Notes: generated by a model from the letters alone, not told the origin. DNA of 64,000 nt from Paraspadella gotoi (GCA_051294375.1 CM119265.1:7129589-7193588); one strand, 5' to 3'; shown: positions 35,201 through 47,535, numbered from the stretch's first letter. Made by a program: numbers and translations.

Positions 35201-38200
35201 GATTTTTAAAATGTTTTCCCTTAATCTTTTGAAACCCCCTCCACAGGCAAGAGCCCAGACAGCGCTGCTCGAACCGCTTCGCGTCTGTGTATGGAGAACA
35301 TCCATACGGCTATCAATGGTCTCAACTCTATCTTCGAACTGGAGAAGAACGTCTTCAAGCTCTTCGATCAATACCGAAACGAATTTCAAATCCCATTTCG
35401 CGCCAGATTCGAAGCGAAAAAAACTTTGGTGAGGAATTGGTTAGGAAATCACCAAATTAGAGACGAGGGATTATTAAAAAAATATTTAAATGTTTTTTAA
35501 CTAGTTTTTCTCTTCTGGAAGTTTTCTTATATTTTATACTAGTTTTGGATAATTTTAATCACCTAATGGTTTAATAACTTTTATTATAAAGGTTCTTGAT
35601 CACAGCAAGTACTGCTTAAACGGCAACCCGCACTTACTGTGCGAGGAAAGGCTCGACGTGAATTCCTTCCTTTCCAAAGCCTCCGAGCACGACTTTGACC
35701 AGTTTTGCCTCGCCTATACCCTCACTTGGAGGGACTTTTCCGGCGGCACCCTCGGCTTAGCCTGGGTCGGTTATCCAGGTAAGTTACCCTGAGTTGGCGC
35801 GTACTTTAGTCTCTCAGCACGGGCGAATTAAATTTTTTTTCTGTTTGCACGCAGAATCCAAGACCGGCGGTGTGTGCGAGCGGCACGCGGAACAAGGACG
35901 CACTGGCAAGAAGATGAGTCTGAACACGGGGATCGTCACCCTCGTCAACATGAACAGGCAGCTTCCGTCGCGCGTCTTCGAGCAAACCGTCGCTCACGAA
36001 GTCGGCCACAACTTTGGATCGCCGGTGATGACGAGAGATTGATGCGCGGAATTAGCCGCTTTTGTTAGCAAATGGTTGGTAAACTATATTTCATTTCCGT
36101 GTTACGAAATCGACAGCACGACGATGGAAAGCTCTGCACGCCCGGCGGAACGCAGGGAAATTACATCATGTACCCTCATTCGTCGGACGGCGACAAGGAA
36201 AACAACAAAATCTTTTCGCATTGTTCCAACAACAACATCACCCGCCTACTTGAGTCCATCTTCGACGACTCCAAACGGGCGAGGAACAAAAACTTTTGTT
36301 TTTCCGGCAAAAAGTCTGCATTTTGCGGCAACGGAATCGTCGAGCAGGTCAAGTCGCTAAGAGAATCGTTTATATTTTTATTTTAAACGAAACTTGGCAT
36401 TAGTTACCCCCGGATAATAAAAATTGATTGCTCCTCTCTCCCCCCTGATTGCTTGTGCAAAAGAGCTTTAATCTCTATAAAAAACTTTTTGCCTTCGACG
36501 TTTCGATGGTTATTATGAGACTGAGTATATAATAAGTGTGAGGTTTTTCAGAATATTGTTTTTTTTTTTTAATCATGATTTGAGTTTTTTTCTCCCGCTT
36601 CCTCGAATATAATTTTTACTTGTGTGAAACAGGGAGACGGGTCTCCCGGGGAAAAACCAGAGAAGTGCGACTGCGGATACAAAAACGAGTGCACTGAAAA
36701 GTGCTGCCATCCCCGCGATCCGCAGAAAGCCGTCGAAATGGACACGCAAGCCTGCACCCTCAAGTCTTTCGCCAAATGCTCGTAAGCATCCTCAGAGAGA
36801 TAATGCGTAATTTGATGCGTGCTATATCTGCATTCTTTTTTAATTAGTCCCTCGCAAGGTGCGTGTTGCAATTCCGACACGTGTGACTTCATCGGACGCA
36901 ATTTTGAAGTGTGCGAACCGGAGGCGGAATGCAAGAAGGAATCGAAATGCGATGGCCTCAACGCGCAGTGTCCCACGCAGAGCAACAAGGATAACGGGAC
37001 GCCTTGTCAAAGCTTTACTAAAGTCTGCCAAGATGGCGACTGCAAAGGTGTGATTCTTTGGAGGTTTTCGTAGGATTGCAATTAGGAGCTATATCGATTT
37101 TAAATATTTCAATTTTTTCAGGGTCCATCTGTGATATCGAAGAGTCCGATCGCAAGTTCGAAATATGCAACGCACCACGTCCCAACGTAAAGGAGTACCA
37201 AAACGAGAGGGACAAAGTGCTCGGCGAAAAACTCTGTTACATCCATTGTCAGGAGATCGGGTCGCCGTCGACCTGCCGAACCATTAGCGACCTTTACCAC
37301 GAGAACAAACACTTCAAAAACGGAATCGACAAACAGATTCTAAACTTTAAAACTCGAATCAACAAAAGTCATTCCCGAAGTCGGGAGATCGCCGATCTCG
37401 ACGTGTTTCAGAACAACCTCATCAATCGACAACCCATTCTGATGCTGCCCGGTTAGAATGCTCCCATAGTCATATTTCAACTGGCATATATTTACTAATT
37501 TAAAATACTGAACGTCGCCAAAATATATTTATTCGTTAGGATCTCCGTGCGACGACTTCGTCGGGTTTTGCGACGTTTTCCAGCGGTGCCGTCGCGTTGA
37601 CGCCGACGGCCCTCTCTCTCGATTGAAAAAGATGCTCTTCGATACGGAGCTTTATCGCACGATTTGGGAGAATCTGAAGGTAAGTGGTGGTGGGAGATTT
37701 CTGGGTTTCGAGGCGAGAAAAGTTGAGTTGGAGACCAAATTTATTCCCGATCCCGATTTTTTTAAAGGAATATTGGTGGGCGGCGGTTCTTTGTTCCGTG
37801 GGCATCGTCGTGCTCATGGCGCTGTTCATTAAAGTTTGCGCCGTTCACACTCCCAGCAGCAACCCCAACAAGCCTCCAGCCAGAAATCCTATGGATACGC
37901 TGAGGTGAAATTCTTTGACACCCATTGTCTTGGGGTTGACCGAGAACGTAACTTCGATTCTACAATTGTATTATCTACTCAGGCGAATGGGTACCCTTCC
38001 TCGTCGCGGGGCACAGCACATCGAAAGCGCTCGGAGCCGGCGCGCAGAAGGACGCGGCGATGGGCGGGGTAACCCAGGCGGAGGTCGGGATCCTCGTGGC
38101 GGTCACGGCGCCGCCCCCAAACAGAGTCGAGGGGTAAGTTATCTTTTCCTTTTGTTGTGATTTAGGGCAACTTCGCTTAAAAGACCTACGCCTGCCGCAA

Positions 38201-41200
38201 AAAAAAGTTTTATATCCCTAAAATTAGTCTTTTTTTATTTCTCAACTTTTTCTGTATCTCCTTTCATTCCTGCTGCTGAAATCTTTCATTTTTCTTTGCC
38301 GTCGACGCGGTTACTAATATTAACGCTCCTGACGATCACGAACCCTCGATTCTTTGATTCTGCATGTTATGGCCGTTACTCTATATTTTGCCTATTTTTG
38401 TCACAACACTGTGCGGAACTAATAGAGTTCTAATCACTCTCACCAAGTTATGGCTTCGACTCATCCGAATTTGACCGCGTCCGCGACCCAGAATCCTTCA
38501 TCCTCCCATCTACACAAGCATCATCATCCTCACGCTCATAGTAACCACGGTAACCACGCCGCAGCGGCTGTCCAGACACGGAGCGCCGGTTCCTCTGGCG
38601 GCGTTGTTCCCAACGGCGTCGTTCCAAACGGCGTCGTTTCACACGGCTCCGCTCGTCCATCCTCCGCCGCGGGCGTTGTCGCCGCCTCCTCCGCGGGCGC
38701 CGGTTCCCATCGCGTAAGATCCGGCAGTTTGGGCGCGGGCGCTAACCATCACTTTTTGCCCAACGGCGCTGCTAATTCTCACCACAATCACAACTTAATT
38801 TTAAGCCCGAATTCGAACAAATCGTCCAATTCGGCTTCGTCATCCTCCAAAGACCCTCCCTCTTTTTCGCATCCCTCCTCCACCGCCGTTTCACCTAATT
38901 CCGCTTCGGTCACCTCCGTGCACCCCACCATGGTTTCCATGTCACCGCCGCCACCTCCTCCGCACCTTGCCTCTGTCCCCGTCACCTTAGGCTCTAGCGC
39001 CACCGCCGCCACCCAGTGCCCGCCGGTAGGGAATTCCTCCTCAGCGGCAGCAGTCTCCGCTCTTCCGCCCGCTTACTCTCAGCACGCCCAGCATCCAATC
39101 CTTGCTGCAGGCCCCGTCTCTGCACTGTCGGCACTTCCGTCTCCACCCGGCCGCGCGAGTAAGACCGTCGCCGGCGGTGGCCCGCCAAATTTGATGGGAG
39201 GCTCTTCCCTAGCTGGCTCCGCTTTGTCGCGCTCCAGTAACAATAACAACGCCGCTTGTCTTTCCGGCGCAATGCACCATCAACGCGCCAGCGAGGCTTC
39301 GTCACTTGTCTCGACCGGCAGCAGCGGCGGCGGTTCTCGAATTGCCTCCGCCGGGGCCTCCTCGCACCCGCCCAATGCTTTAGCCCTTCACCACACGCAC
39401 GGCTCCGCGCATACTAATCACTCCAGCACCAGTACGAATCACGTCAGTTCTCAGTCGGCGAAGCAACAACACCAACCGGCTTCGCAGCGTTTCGTCAGCA
39501 CGTCCAACGCGTCGACCTCGACTCAACATCCCCCTCATTCCCAACATCCCGTGTCGCCGCCCGCCTCTTTCTCTTCCTCCTCTTCCAACAACCACCACCA
39601 CCACCATCATCGCTCATCCTCTTCCCGCTCCCACTCTTCCTCGTCGTCCTCTTCTCACATTCCACACAACAAAGGGCGCGTACACCCGGCTCACGGCAAC
39701 CCTGCCGGCGCTAACCCTACCAACCTTCAAAGTAACTCCTCGGTTTCCAAAGTACGCGGCGCGCAATTCGGAGTCGTAGCTAACGGCGCCGTGCCCTCAC
39801 TCTCAGGCCCTTCTCAAACGGAAGAGCGCGGTGGCGGCGTTAGCGGCGGAGGCGGCGCCAGGGGCTCGGTCAGGGCGCCGTGCGAGGATTACCCTCTGCC
39901 TTATCATGCCAATCCAAGGGTAAAGCCTTCTACCCGCTTTCCTGGAGAAATTTGTGTTCCGCTAGCATCTTTTTAAATTTTATAGTTTTTAATCTTTAGC
40001 TGTGGAACGGCATGATTTTTTTTTCATTTGGCATGTTATGTTTATGTACTCGATATTCTTACGATCTTATTAACCTCACACCCAGACGACAATAATTTTG
40101 CGCGTTGACGTTTAACGTAGCAAGACTGATAATCATCTTTGAAACCATTGAAACCACCTTACCTTTGGCATCACAAGCGGCTGATTTCGTATGTCATAAT
40201 AGTCAACGAGGGCGCTGTAGATTCCATTTCCAGTCTTTACTTTTATCTCTTAGAAGGCTTCATATTATAAAATTAGGTTGTGCTTTTTTGTCACCAGAAT
40301 CGGTTCCCACCTGAGAGGAAATACAGGGCCCTGGGGCTGGACCCCTGGGTTGCTGTACCCCTGGGGAGCCAAAAAGGCTAAATTTTTTTTCCATTTTAAA
40401 TTTTTAGTAACATCAGGTGCAATGAAGTTTAAACTATAAATTTTCGCTAATTTCGCATTGTTTAAATATAAATGGTACATTGTTTTACTTCTAATTTCCC
40501 TTAATTATTTCAAATCTGACATGAACCGCTGATTTTCATGAACCTGAAAATTAAGGTAAACTAAATTTTTGTGGTACTAAATAAGTTTCTGTGCAACTGT
40601 TTAAAACAAAATTAAAAAAAATTGACCATTTTTTCTCCCTATGGGTGACCCCCCGGGAGGTCAATATCTCGACTCAAGGGTCAAATATTGAAATTCGCCT
40701 TTGTAATTGTATTCACACATAGATATTAGATAATTCATACCAAATTTCAATAAATTTGTTTCAGTAGTTTTTGCGGAACAGATTCTATGCATAAATTTAT
40801 TTTCTAATATGAAGCCTTCTGACAGTTATGTTTATGTATACATAGATTCTAGATGAATCTCCACTGCACCATTCGCCATTTCCCACCCAGCACTAGTTCC
40901 GCCCATTTGTGTTTCTCTTTTTTCAGTCTTCATCTCTGACGATTGTCTTCCGCGTTTTACTTTTTTTTCCTGTAAGTTCTTCTATATTTTTCATTTTTTC
41001 ATTTTCAGATTCCGCTCGTTTAAATTTTTAAACAATTTTTTGTACATCTCTACTGACGTACATAAATATTTAAATTTTAGCTAAAAATACAACGGATTAT
41101 CATTTAGTAACAAATGCTACAATTTTTTCAGATATATAATTCCAGGTATTAGTAAAAATTTGTTTTAAGACGGAAATTATCTGTTGATCAAAGTCCTAAA

Positions 41201-41628
41201 TTTGGTTAAATTGTTGATTCGCACATCCTGGATAGACAAACCGTTTTACAATAATTTGGGAAAGCAGTTTTTTTTCTTATTTTGTTTTGTTTTATCATTT
41301 CCCGACATTTCTCGACATTTGTTCTACCTTTTTTGCTTTCCCCACGACCGCGTCCCATTTCCAGCGACCCAAGAGCCACGCCTACTCCGTCCCAGTCGCG
41401 GAGGGTCCACCCCGCGGTCACAATAAGAACCGAAAGGGTGGTCGAACACGTTCCGGGGACCGTGGCAGTGACCGTGGCGGAGATCACGGCGGGGACCGCG
41501 GGGGCGAAAGGTCCGACCGGTACCGCGTTGTATCGCCCAGCTCGATCGAACTGGCGCCCTTCCCCAACGAACCACCGCCTCCGTATAACCCCGGATGGGG
41601 TGCCCATGGAGCAAGAGATAGGCGATGA
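32231..41628 (+). CDS. ADAM10: ADAM10 / kuzbanian-type disintegrin metalloprotease, ~20 exons
   Basis: Signal exon 32231-32294; prodomain; furin site RRKR (~35060); [23 protein letters not shown]; zinc motif [12 protein letters not shown]; Met-turn GNYIMY; disintegrin CSPSQGACC; [20 protein letters not shown]; [33 protein letters not shown]. Tail exons 37983-38133, 38426-39919, 41365-41628. The true end may be 42178. Confidence 0.93.
34071..34250 (-). mobile_element. Dispersed repeat family A, longest copy (~180 bp), in an ADAM10 intron
   Basis: Reverse complement matches the copies at 24400 and 26594. Terminal fragments also at 6860-6882 (-) and 59177-59208 (+); degenerate piece at ~3440-3485. 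Confidence 0.85.
40320..40800. mobile_element. Possible Helentron/DINE-like non-autonomous element remnant
   Basis: GC-rich cccctgggg hairpin-like blocks and ataccaaatttca...cagtagttttt, resembling such elements from recall. No second copy in the window. Confidence 0.3.
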
Positions 41629-42055
41629 CGATCTACCGCCTGCGTATAACGCCGTATGGAGTCGCAATGATGAAGACCGTCTCCTCACAATGGTATTGGC
41701 AGTCGAAAAAAAAATTTATAAAATTAAAACGAAAAAAAAAAAATAAATAAGATTTCACCCTTTGCTTCGATGGAATTCACCCGGCGATGTTGACGAGATT
41801 GGACATCCGTATTTTTAAAAAAGTTTTTTTAAAAAGTATTTTTATTTTTTATTGCATGTATTTTTCTATTTGTTAGTACTAAAAACCCTATCATTTGCAT
41901 GAACTAACGTTCGGCGAACAAAAGTTTGCCTTGTTTTTATTGTTCTGTTGAGTATACTACTACCCTTTGTGTTATATACGTATTTTCTAAATTGTAATAT
42001 ACCAATTAAATAAATGTTATTTGGCAGTCTAAAAATTAATTGTTACCACTTTCAG

Positions 42056-42178
42056 GTAGCACGAGCTCATCGCGGCGGCGTCGGCGGAAGCGCCTTCTCC
42101 CACCATCCGCACCCACCATCATCTTCATCTTCATCCGCTGCCCACGGAAGCGGGACTCAAATGACATCTCGCTTTTAA
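42056..42178 (+). CDS. Probable terminal coding exon of ADAM10 (VARAHRGG...GTQMTSRF*)
   Basis: Good acceptor (ctttcag), phase 0, 40 codons plus stop, S/H/G/P composition like the tail, GC-rich in AT-rich surroundings. Confidence 0.55.
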   Translation, partial: VARAHRGGVGGSAFSHHPHPPSSSSSSAAHGSGTQMTSRF

Positions 42179-44362
42179 AGATTTATTTAAAGACTAATCG
42201 CAAACGAGTTCTCGATTTTTTTTCTACGCTTATCATCATCATCATCATCTTCATCATCTTCTATCGTCCCTGTAATTTCTATTTGTCAAATCGAAGATAT
42301 TACTACTAAAAAACAATTTCTTCTACGCTTAAATTTTCGAGAGTACGTCTGACTTTATATTTTTTAAACCAAGTCGGTTTGCACGGTTTTTTTATTCCCC
42401 CTACTCCTTTCCTATTTTTTTCCATATTATAGGAGAATATTTTCGACCCCCTTTCCCCCCCTCTAAACTACGCACAGATTTTTTTTTCTCTGAACGATTT
42501 AAACTAATTCTTTTGACAAGAGATGACGTTTTCCATAAAGTTGTCGACGTCTTATCGTCAATTACGCACGTAATTTAATCGGCTGTTGCCGACGGAAAGG
42601 TGATGGATGATTACGGAATTTAATTTTCTTGTTTTCTCATTAATTTTTTTCGGGTTAAAAGATACGATTAATTCTTTTTTTTTTTTTATATTTGAGTTTT
42701 CGTTTGATTGTCTCGAGTGATCTTACAAACGTTGGTCTTGGAAATGAAAGACGCCCTTGTTACTATTTGACTTTTTTCCCTTCCCTACACCCACCTAAAA
42801 ATGATGCTGTTGTAGCAATTTGGATGTCCTTTGATACTCGCTTTACTAGAACGTAGCATTTTTTCATGACTAGAATAATTAATTACCAGTTGGACCTGTT
42901 GGTTCTTCGTCGTTCTTTGTCTTACTTTAGTCTTTCAGATTACACGTCCAAAATTGGATGAAGGCAGTGAATTTCACCCATGTTATAGTCAAAGACGCTG
43001 TTTTAAAACCTATTAAAATTAAGCATTTATTTAAAAGCTTTCCGATAGGACCCGAATGAGTTACGTTCTTATTAACGAACGAAGAAAAAGTTCCATCGGA
43101 CCATTCTATTAAGATATCTTTTACTGAAGGAAACTTTACACGGAAAGGCAAAGCTTTGTCGGGCAATCTGATGACTGAATAAAAAAAAGAAAAACAAAAT
43201 TAAAGTGTCAATGGGATAATACTTTTTAAATTTTTTTTATCCGAATTTTTTCAAACAGTTTTATTTCTACTATTTATTAACAGAAAACGTAAGATGACTG
43301 CTACTTAGCTACCTTTCCCGTGTACAGTTGCCTTAGTTTGTTTCTTCCTAGTCAACACCATTCAAGGCGATTTTATTGCGTATTGGTGGCAGTGGTCACC
43401 GGGATTTAGTTGGTCGTTCTGAAAGATTTACTTAAAGATCCTTTTACTATTTTGATTTGGATCTTTCCATAGGCTTGAAAAAATGCATTTTCCCTGGAAT
43501 CAATGTCTCTGGAATATTGACAACGACCTACTTAGTGTATAATTTCATTGCCGTTTGACGATCTTACTTTTATTTGTAAATATATTGTTAAAAAAATTCA
43601 CTTCAGTTATAAAAAAAATCATTCCCGTTTATTTTAAGTGGAAAGCGAACCGTGGTTTCAGGCCAAAAGGAAATTGAACTCAAAAAAATTAAATAATCCT
43701 TGTAATATTTTGTCCTTAACGATTTTGTTCTATAATTTGAGTTTATAATTTCTTAATAATTATGGTAGTTCAAAGTTGCAGAAATAATGTGATAACTGTA
43801 TCATCCTTGTATGATTATCTTTTCATCCTGGTTCCCAGACTTTTCCTTAAGCACAGAGAAATTTTATTCAGATCTTTAATTTATCATGTACCATGTTTTA
43901 TGGATGTTTCTTTGAATAATACGTACATGAATGATTTTTATTATTATCATTAAACGTGAATATCAATTCCTAAATTTGGTGATTTTTTTTAATTTAACTT
44001 GAGAACTAATAGGTTAGGCGCTGAAAGGTTAACTATTTTTAAAACTTTCTAAAATAAACCGGCGAAGAATTTACAAAATTTTGAAATTGACTAAAAAAAA
44101 TTAATAATCCAGCAAAAATTTTCGATTTACTTTTTTGTCATAAACGATAACGTTAACGAAAGAGATAAAGTTGCTTTTCGTTTTTATTAACCTCTTTCAC
44201 GACTAAACATCATAAGAACAAACTCCCGGATGGGACAACGATTTTCCTTCAGAGAGATTTGTCTCTGGCAGCCTACGGAAACGGGTCTTCCTCGCTGAAC
44301 TTTGGACCGGAAGCGGAAAGGCCCGTCGCGTTAACCGTGCCTCTAGATGTTGAAGTAAATTT

Positions 44363-46479
44363 ATGCCGGAAACGGATCCCAAACAGCTGAATAGAAATGG
44401 AGCCAATCCCCCGCCGGGGCCCAAGAAGAAGAAGAAGAAGAAGAAGAAGAAGAAAAAGGGATATGCGGTAGGCGTTTTGCGTGTCGGATCTGCTTATCAC
44501 AGATTCCGACTCTATAATCCACTTTGTCGGTCCACCCCCTTGTCGGTGTTCACTTAGATCATGTCGGAACATCAAATTCGATATTTTGTAATTTTTATTA
44601 TTACATTATTAGTTTTCATTAATTTTGGTTTTAGATTTTGATTTATATCGGTTTTTATCTCGTTTTTTCTAACTGATTTTTTTCCTTTTTTTTGTTTTCT
44701 CTTGTTTTTTTTATTTCTCGAACTTTGTATTTGTTTGTCCATCTGTCATTGATATTCCTTTTGTTTTTATACCTCTAAGCTAATTTTTTAAAATATATTT
44801 TATACCTTTAAGCTAATTTTTTTAAATATATTTTATATTTTTTATTTATTTTATTTATTTTTTTTTATATTTGATTTTTGGTTTTAGTATAAAAGTTTGT
44901 GTGGGTTCAGATTTTTACTATGCGATTGCGAGGATCCTTATGCTTTTAAGATTTTCATGTATATGTTTATAGCGGACATGTTTCGACTTTTTGCGAGTCT
45001 TTATCAGTGCTTATGAAGACTCGCAAAAATTAGAGTCGAAACATCTCCACTATTTATCCGCTATAAATAAATAATCGTTGTGTGTAACAAGCAAAGCTTT
45101 TTTCTAAAATAGTCTCAACTGAAAATTGTGAAATTTCGTTGAGATAAATAAGGGTAGTTAATAAAAAGATTATTTATTAAACGTAAAAAAAAATCTAAAT
45201 TTTAATTAATGTTAGCTATCTTTTGAATTAATTGTAATTTGGAATTCGGCTCCACAGGCGAGGAAGATCATCGCCAAAAACTTGGAGGAGACCTCCTCCT
45301 TCCGCTGTTGCGCCCCTTTTCAGAAGTTTAGAAATTTTACAATATACTTTATAATGAATAGCCTGGCAGGATTACATTGCGTTTTGTTCATGATTATCAA
45401 CATCGTCTTCCAGATCACAATGATAGTAGTGGGTAAGAAGCCGTCGAAATCGGGAAGAATAAAAAATATATAACTTACCGCTTGTGTTCATTAATAGGGA
45501 GTGTATACATGTATGATTGTCCCCTCGAGAAGTGGATACCTATTTGGGACGTTATCGCTGGAATATCGTTTAATTTCAAGCTGTTTACGTCCATGATGTT
45601 TCTGCACGTGATTAGAAAGGATATTCGACTGACAGGCAAGATACGAGGGCTTTGATACTTTTGCCTCGCTCACAATCAACATGTTTCGAATTGTAATAAA
45701 AAGGTGGCGTCCCGGAAAAGACTACCATTTACAAGAGCCCTCGATTTTTTTGTTTGATTGGGATTGCGGACTTGTTTTTGTTTGGTTTGCTGATCCAAGG
45801 AATGGTAAGTCGAGCTTGAAAAGGAAATGGGGGTTACTTTTACTTTCGCCGACCGGGGTTAGGGAGGGGTTAGGGTTAAGAATAATTCAAAGGTGGTTTA
45901 GAGTTAGGGGTAGTTAGGGTTAGGAGGGTTTAGGGTTAGGGTAATTAGGTAGTTTTTTTTAAGAATAAATCTTTTTATAGTTTTTTAAAAGCCGCCATAA
46001 CCTAGGTCGGCGAAAGTAAAATTTAGCCAGGAAATGAATATCCTATTCGTCTTGTTATTTTTCCCATCCTTATTTAAGACACTAACTATTCCCAATCTCG
46101 ACTGCATGAACAATCGAAGATCCCATCCTGAAAGTAACTTATACTGTCAAAAAGGTACTAAATGTTGTTAGTCTTAATGCAGTTATAAATTTTCGATAAT
46201 TTTTTTTTACGGCATTTTTGGGATTTTCCTGATGGAGTCCTTGACTACTAATGACTAATGACTAATTAGTAATGTTTTTGTGTTTCATACTCGTGAATTT
46301 TTATTACTTCAGCCGAACCATGTAACGAAATCGTCTACACATTTTCTCTCGTCTCGATGATTTATCTGTTAGCATCATACGGACTCAGTTATATTCTGGG
46401 CCTCTGGGTATCCGCATGTTTCTACCCAAGGAGATCGGCCGAGGAGCCATCGGGAAAAGTTGTGAGAGGATTCGGGTAG
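44363..46479 (+). CDS. TMEM272-like four-pass membrane protein; exons 44363-44467, 45258-45432, 45498-45635, 45704-45804, 46079-46154, 46313-46479
   Basis: All junctions in phase (third intron GC-AG). MIVVGSVYMYDCPLEKWIPIWDVIAG and CNEIVYTFS resemble the TMEM272 G..Y..DCP....IP.YL.V.G and C...LY.FA motifs; four hydrophobic segments. Exon 1 assignment is inferred. Confidence 0.75.
44965..45068. ncRNA. Inverted pair of degenerate minimal hammerhead ribozyme motifs (Penelope-like repeat relic)
   Basis: Minus 45007-44975: CTGATAA-aGAC tcgcaaaaa GTC-GAAACATGTC. Plus 45010-45047: CTTATGA-aGACTC gcaaaaatta GAGTC-GAAACATCTC. Confidence 0.6.
45838..46021. mobile_element. MITE-like element (family B), 17 bp perfect TIR, internal TTAGGG-like repeats, in intron 4 of the TMEM272-like gene
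   Basis: ttttactttcgccgacc (45838-45854) and ggtcggcgaaagtaaaa (46005-46021). Confidence 0.85.
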
Positions 46480-47041
46480 GATATAAAACGATATTACTAG
46501 CGGAGCTTTATATTTTTTTGCTAACCAACATGGCTGATATGTTTTGTTCAGAAAATTGAAAAAAAAATCCGCATGGTCGTTCGGGAAAGAGGATAAACAA
46601 AATCGTAAAAAAATGGATATGAATAAGAAAAAAAATAAGAAAAAAAAGAAATTCGGAAAATAGAGTAGGAAAAATTGTTAAAAAACGTGTTGATATTTTT
46701 AGATGATATTAAATAAAATTGTAACAATTTTCGGTAAAAAAGTTATTTATTCAGGTATTACAAGTGGCGATAAACGTATAAATGAGTTTAGTTAATATTT
46801 CTGGCCCGACTTTATTCATGGATATTCAGCGATTTGGCCAGCTATATATAAAAAAAAATGTATTCTCCGCTGTGAAGGAAAAGATAACACGTATGTGACA
46901 CTCAAACGATCAGCTTGTATCAGGTTGAGGAGCAATCTCTATAAAAAATTATTGAGTGACATTTTACTTTTGAGGCGATTTTTAATCTACGAAGTAGTGT
47001 AATTACTATAAAGTACGGACGACCAGATGCGATCCCTCGAG

Positions 47042-47535
47042 GGCCTTATTTTCTCAGAACGCCTCTTTTTATTTTAAATTCGGAATTTAGTAAGTTAAAG
47101 ATTATATTAAAAATTAAGGTTAAGGATTTGGTAAATGATTAAAGTGAAGGATTTGGGATAAAATTTTACTTTCGCCAACTGGGTCTGGGGTTTTGGCGTA
47201 TTTTTTAAAAAAATATTGAAAAATACTTATTTAAAAAGATTATTTATTACCCTAACCCTAAACTTTTTCAACCCTAACTACTCCTAACCCGAAACTACCC
47301 TTAAACTACCCCTTTAACCCGGTTGGAGAAAATAAAATTATGCTGGATTTGGTTTATGATTAGGGTTAAAGATTTAGGTTAGGGATTAACATATAGGGTT
47401 AGAGGTTTGGGTTAAAAATTAAGGATAAGGGTTTAGGGTTATGGTTTAGGATTAGGTTAGGAGTAAAGTTTAAGGCTAAAAATAAATTCTGGGAAAAATA
47501 AACAAAAAAGAGGGCACTCTAAAAAATGATTGCCA
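47042..47535. mobile_element. TIR element with TTAGGG-like interior, containing a nested family-B MITE (47163-47337) in opposite orientation
   Basis: Outer ends ggccttattttctcagaacgcctcttttt and aaaaaagagggcactctaaaaaatgattgcc are imperfect inverted repeats. Inner element ttttactttcgccaactgg / ccggttggagaaaataaaa carries ccctaa repeats. Confidence 0.6.

Noticed and set aside
38450-39976. Independent 508 aa single-exon gene
   Set aside because: In-frame phase-0 splice sites on both sides fit the ADAM10 tail better; not fully excluded.
47250-47475. True telomere or chromosome-fusion site
   Set aside because: Repeats are short, degenerate and enclosed by TIRs; the opposite orientations are explained by nesting.
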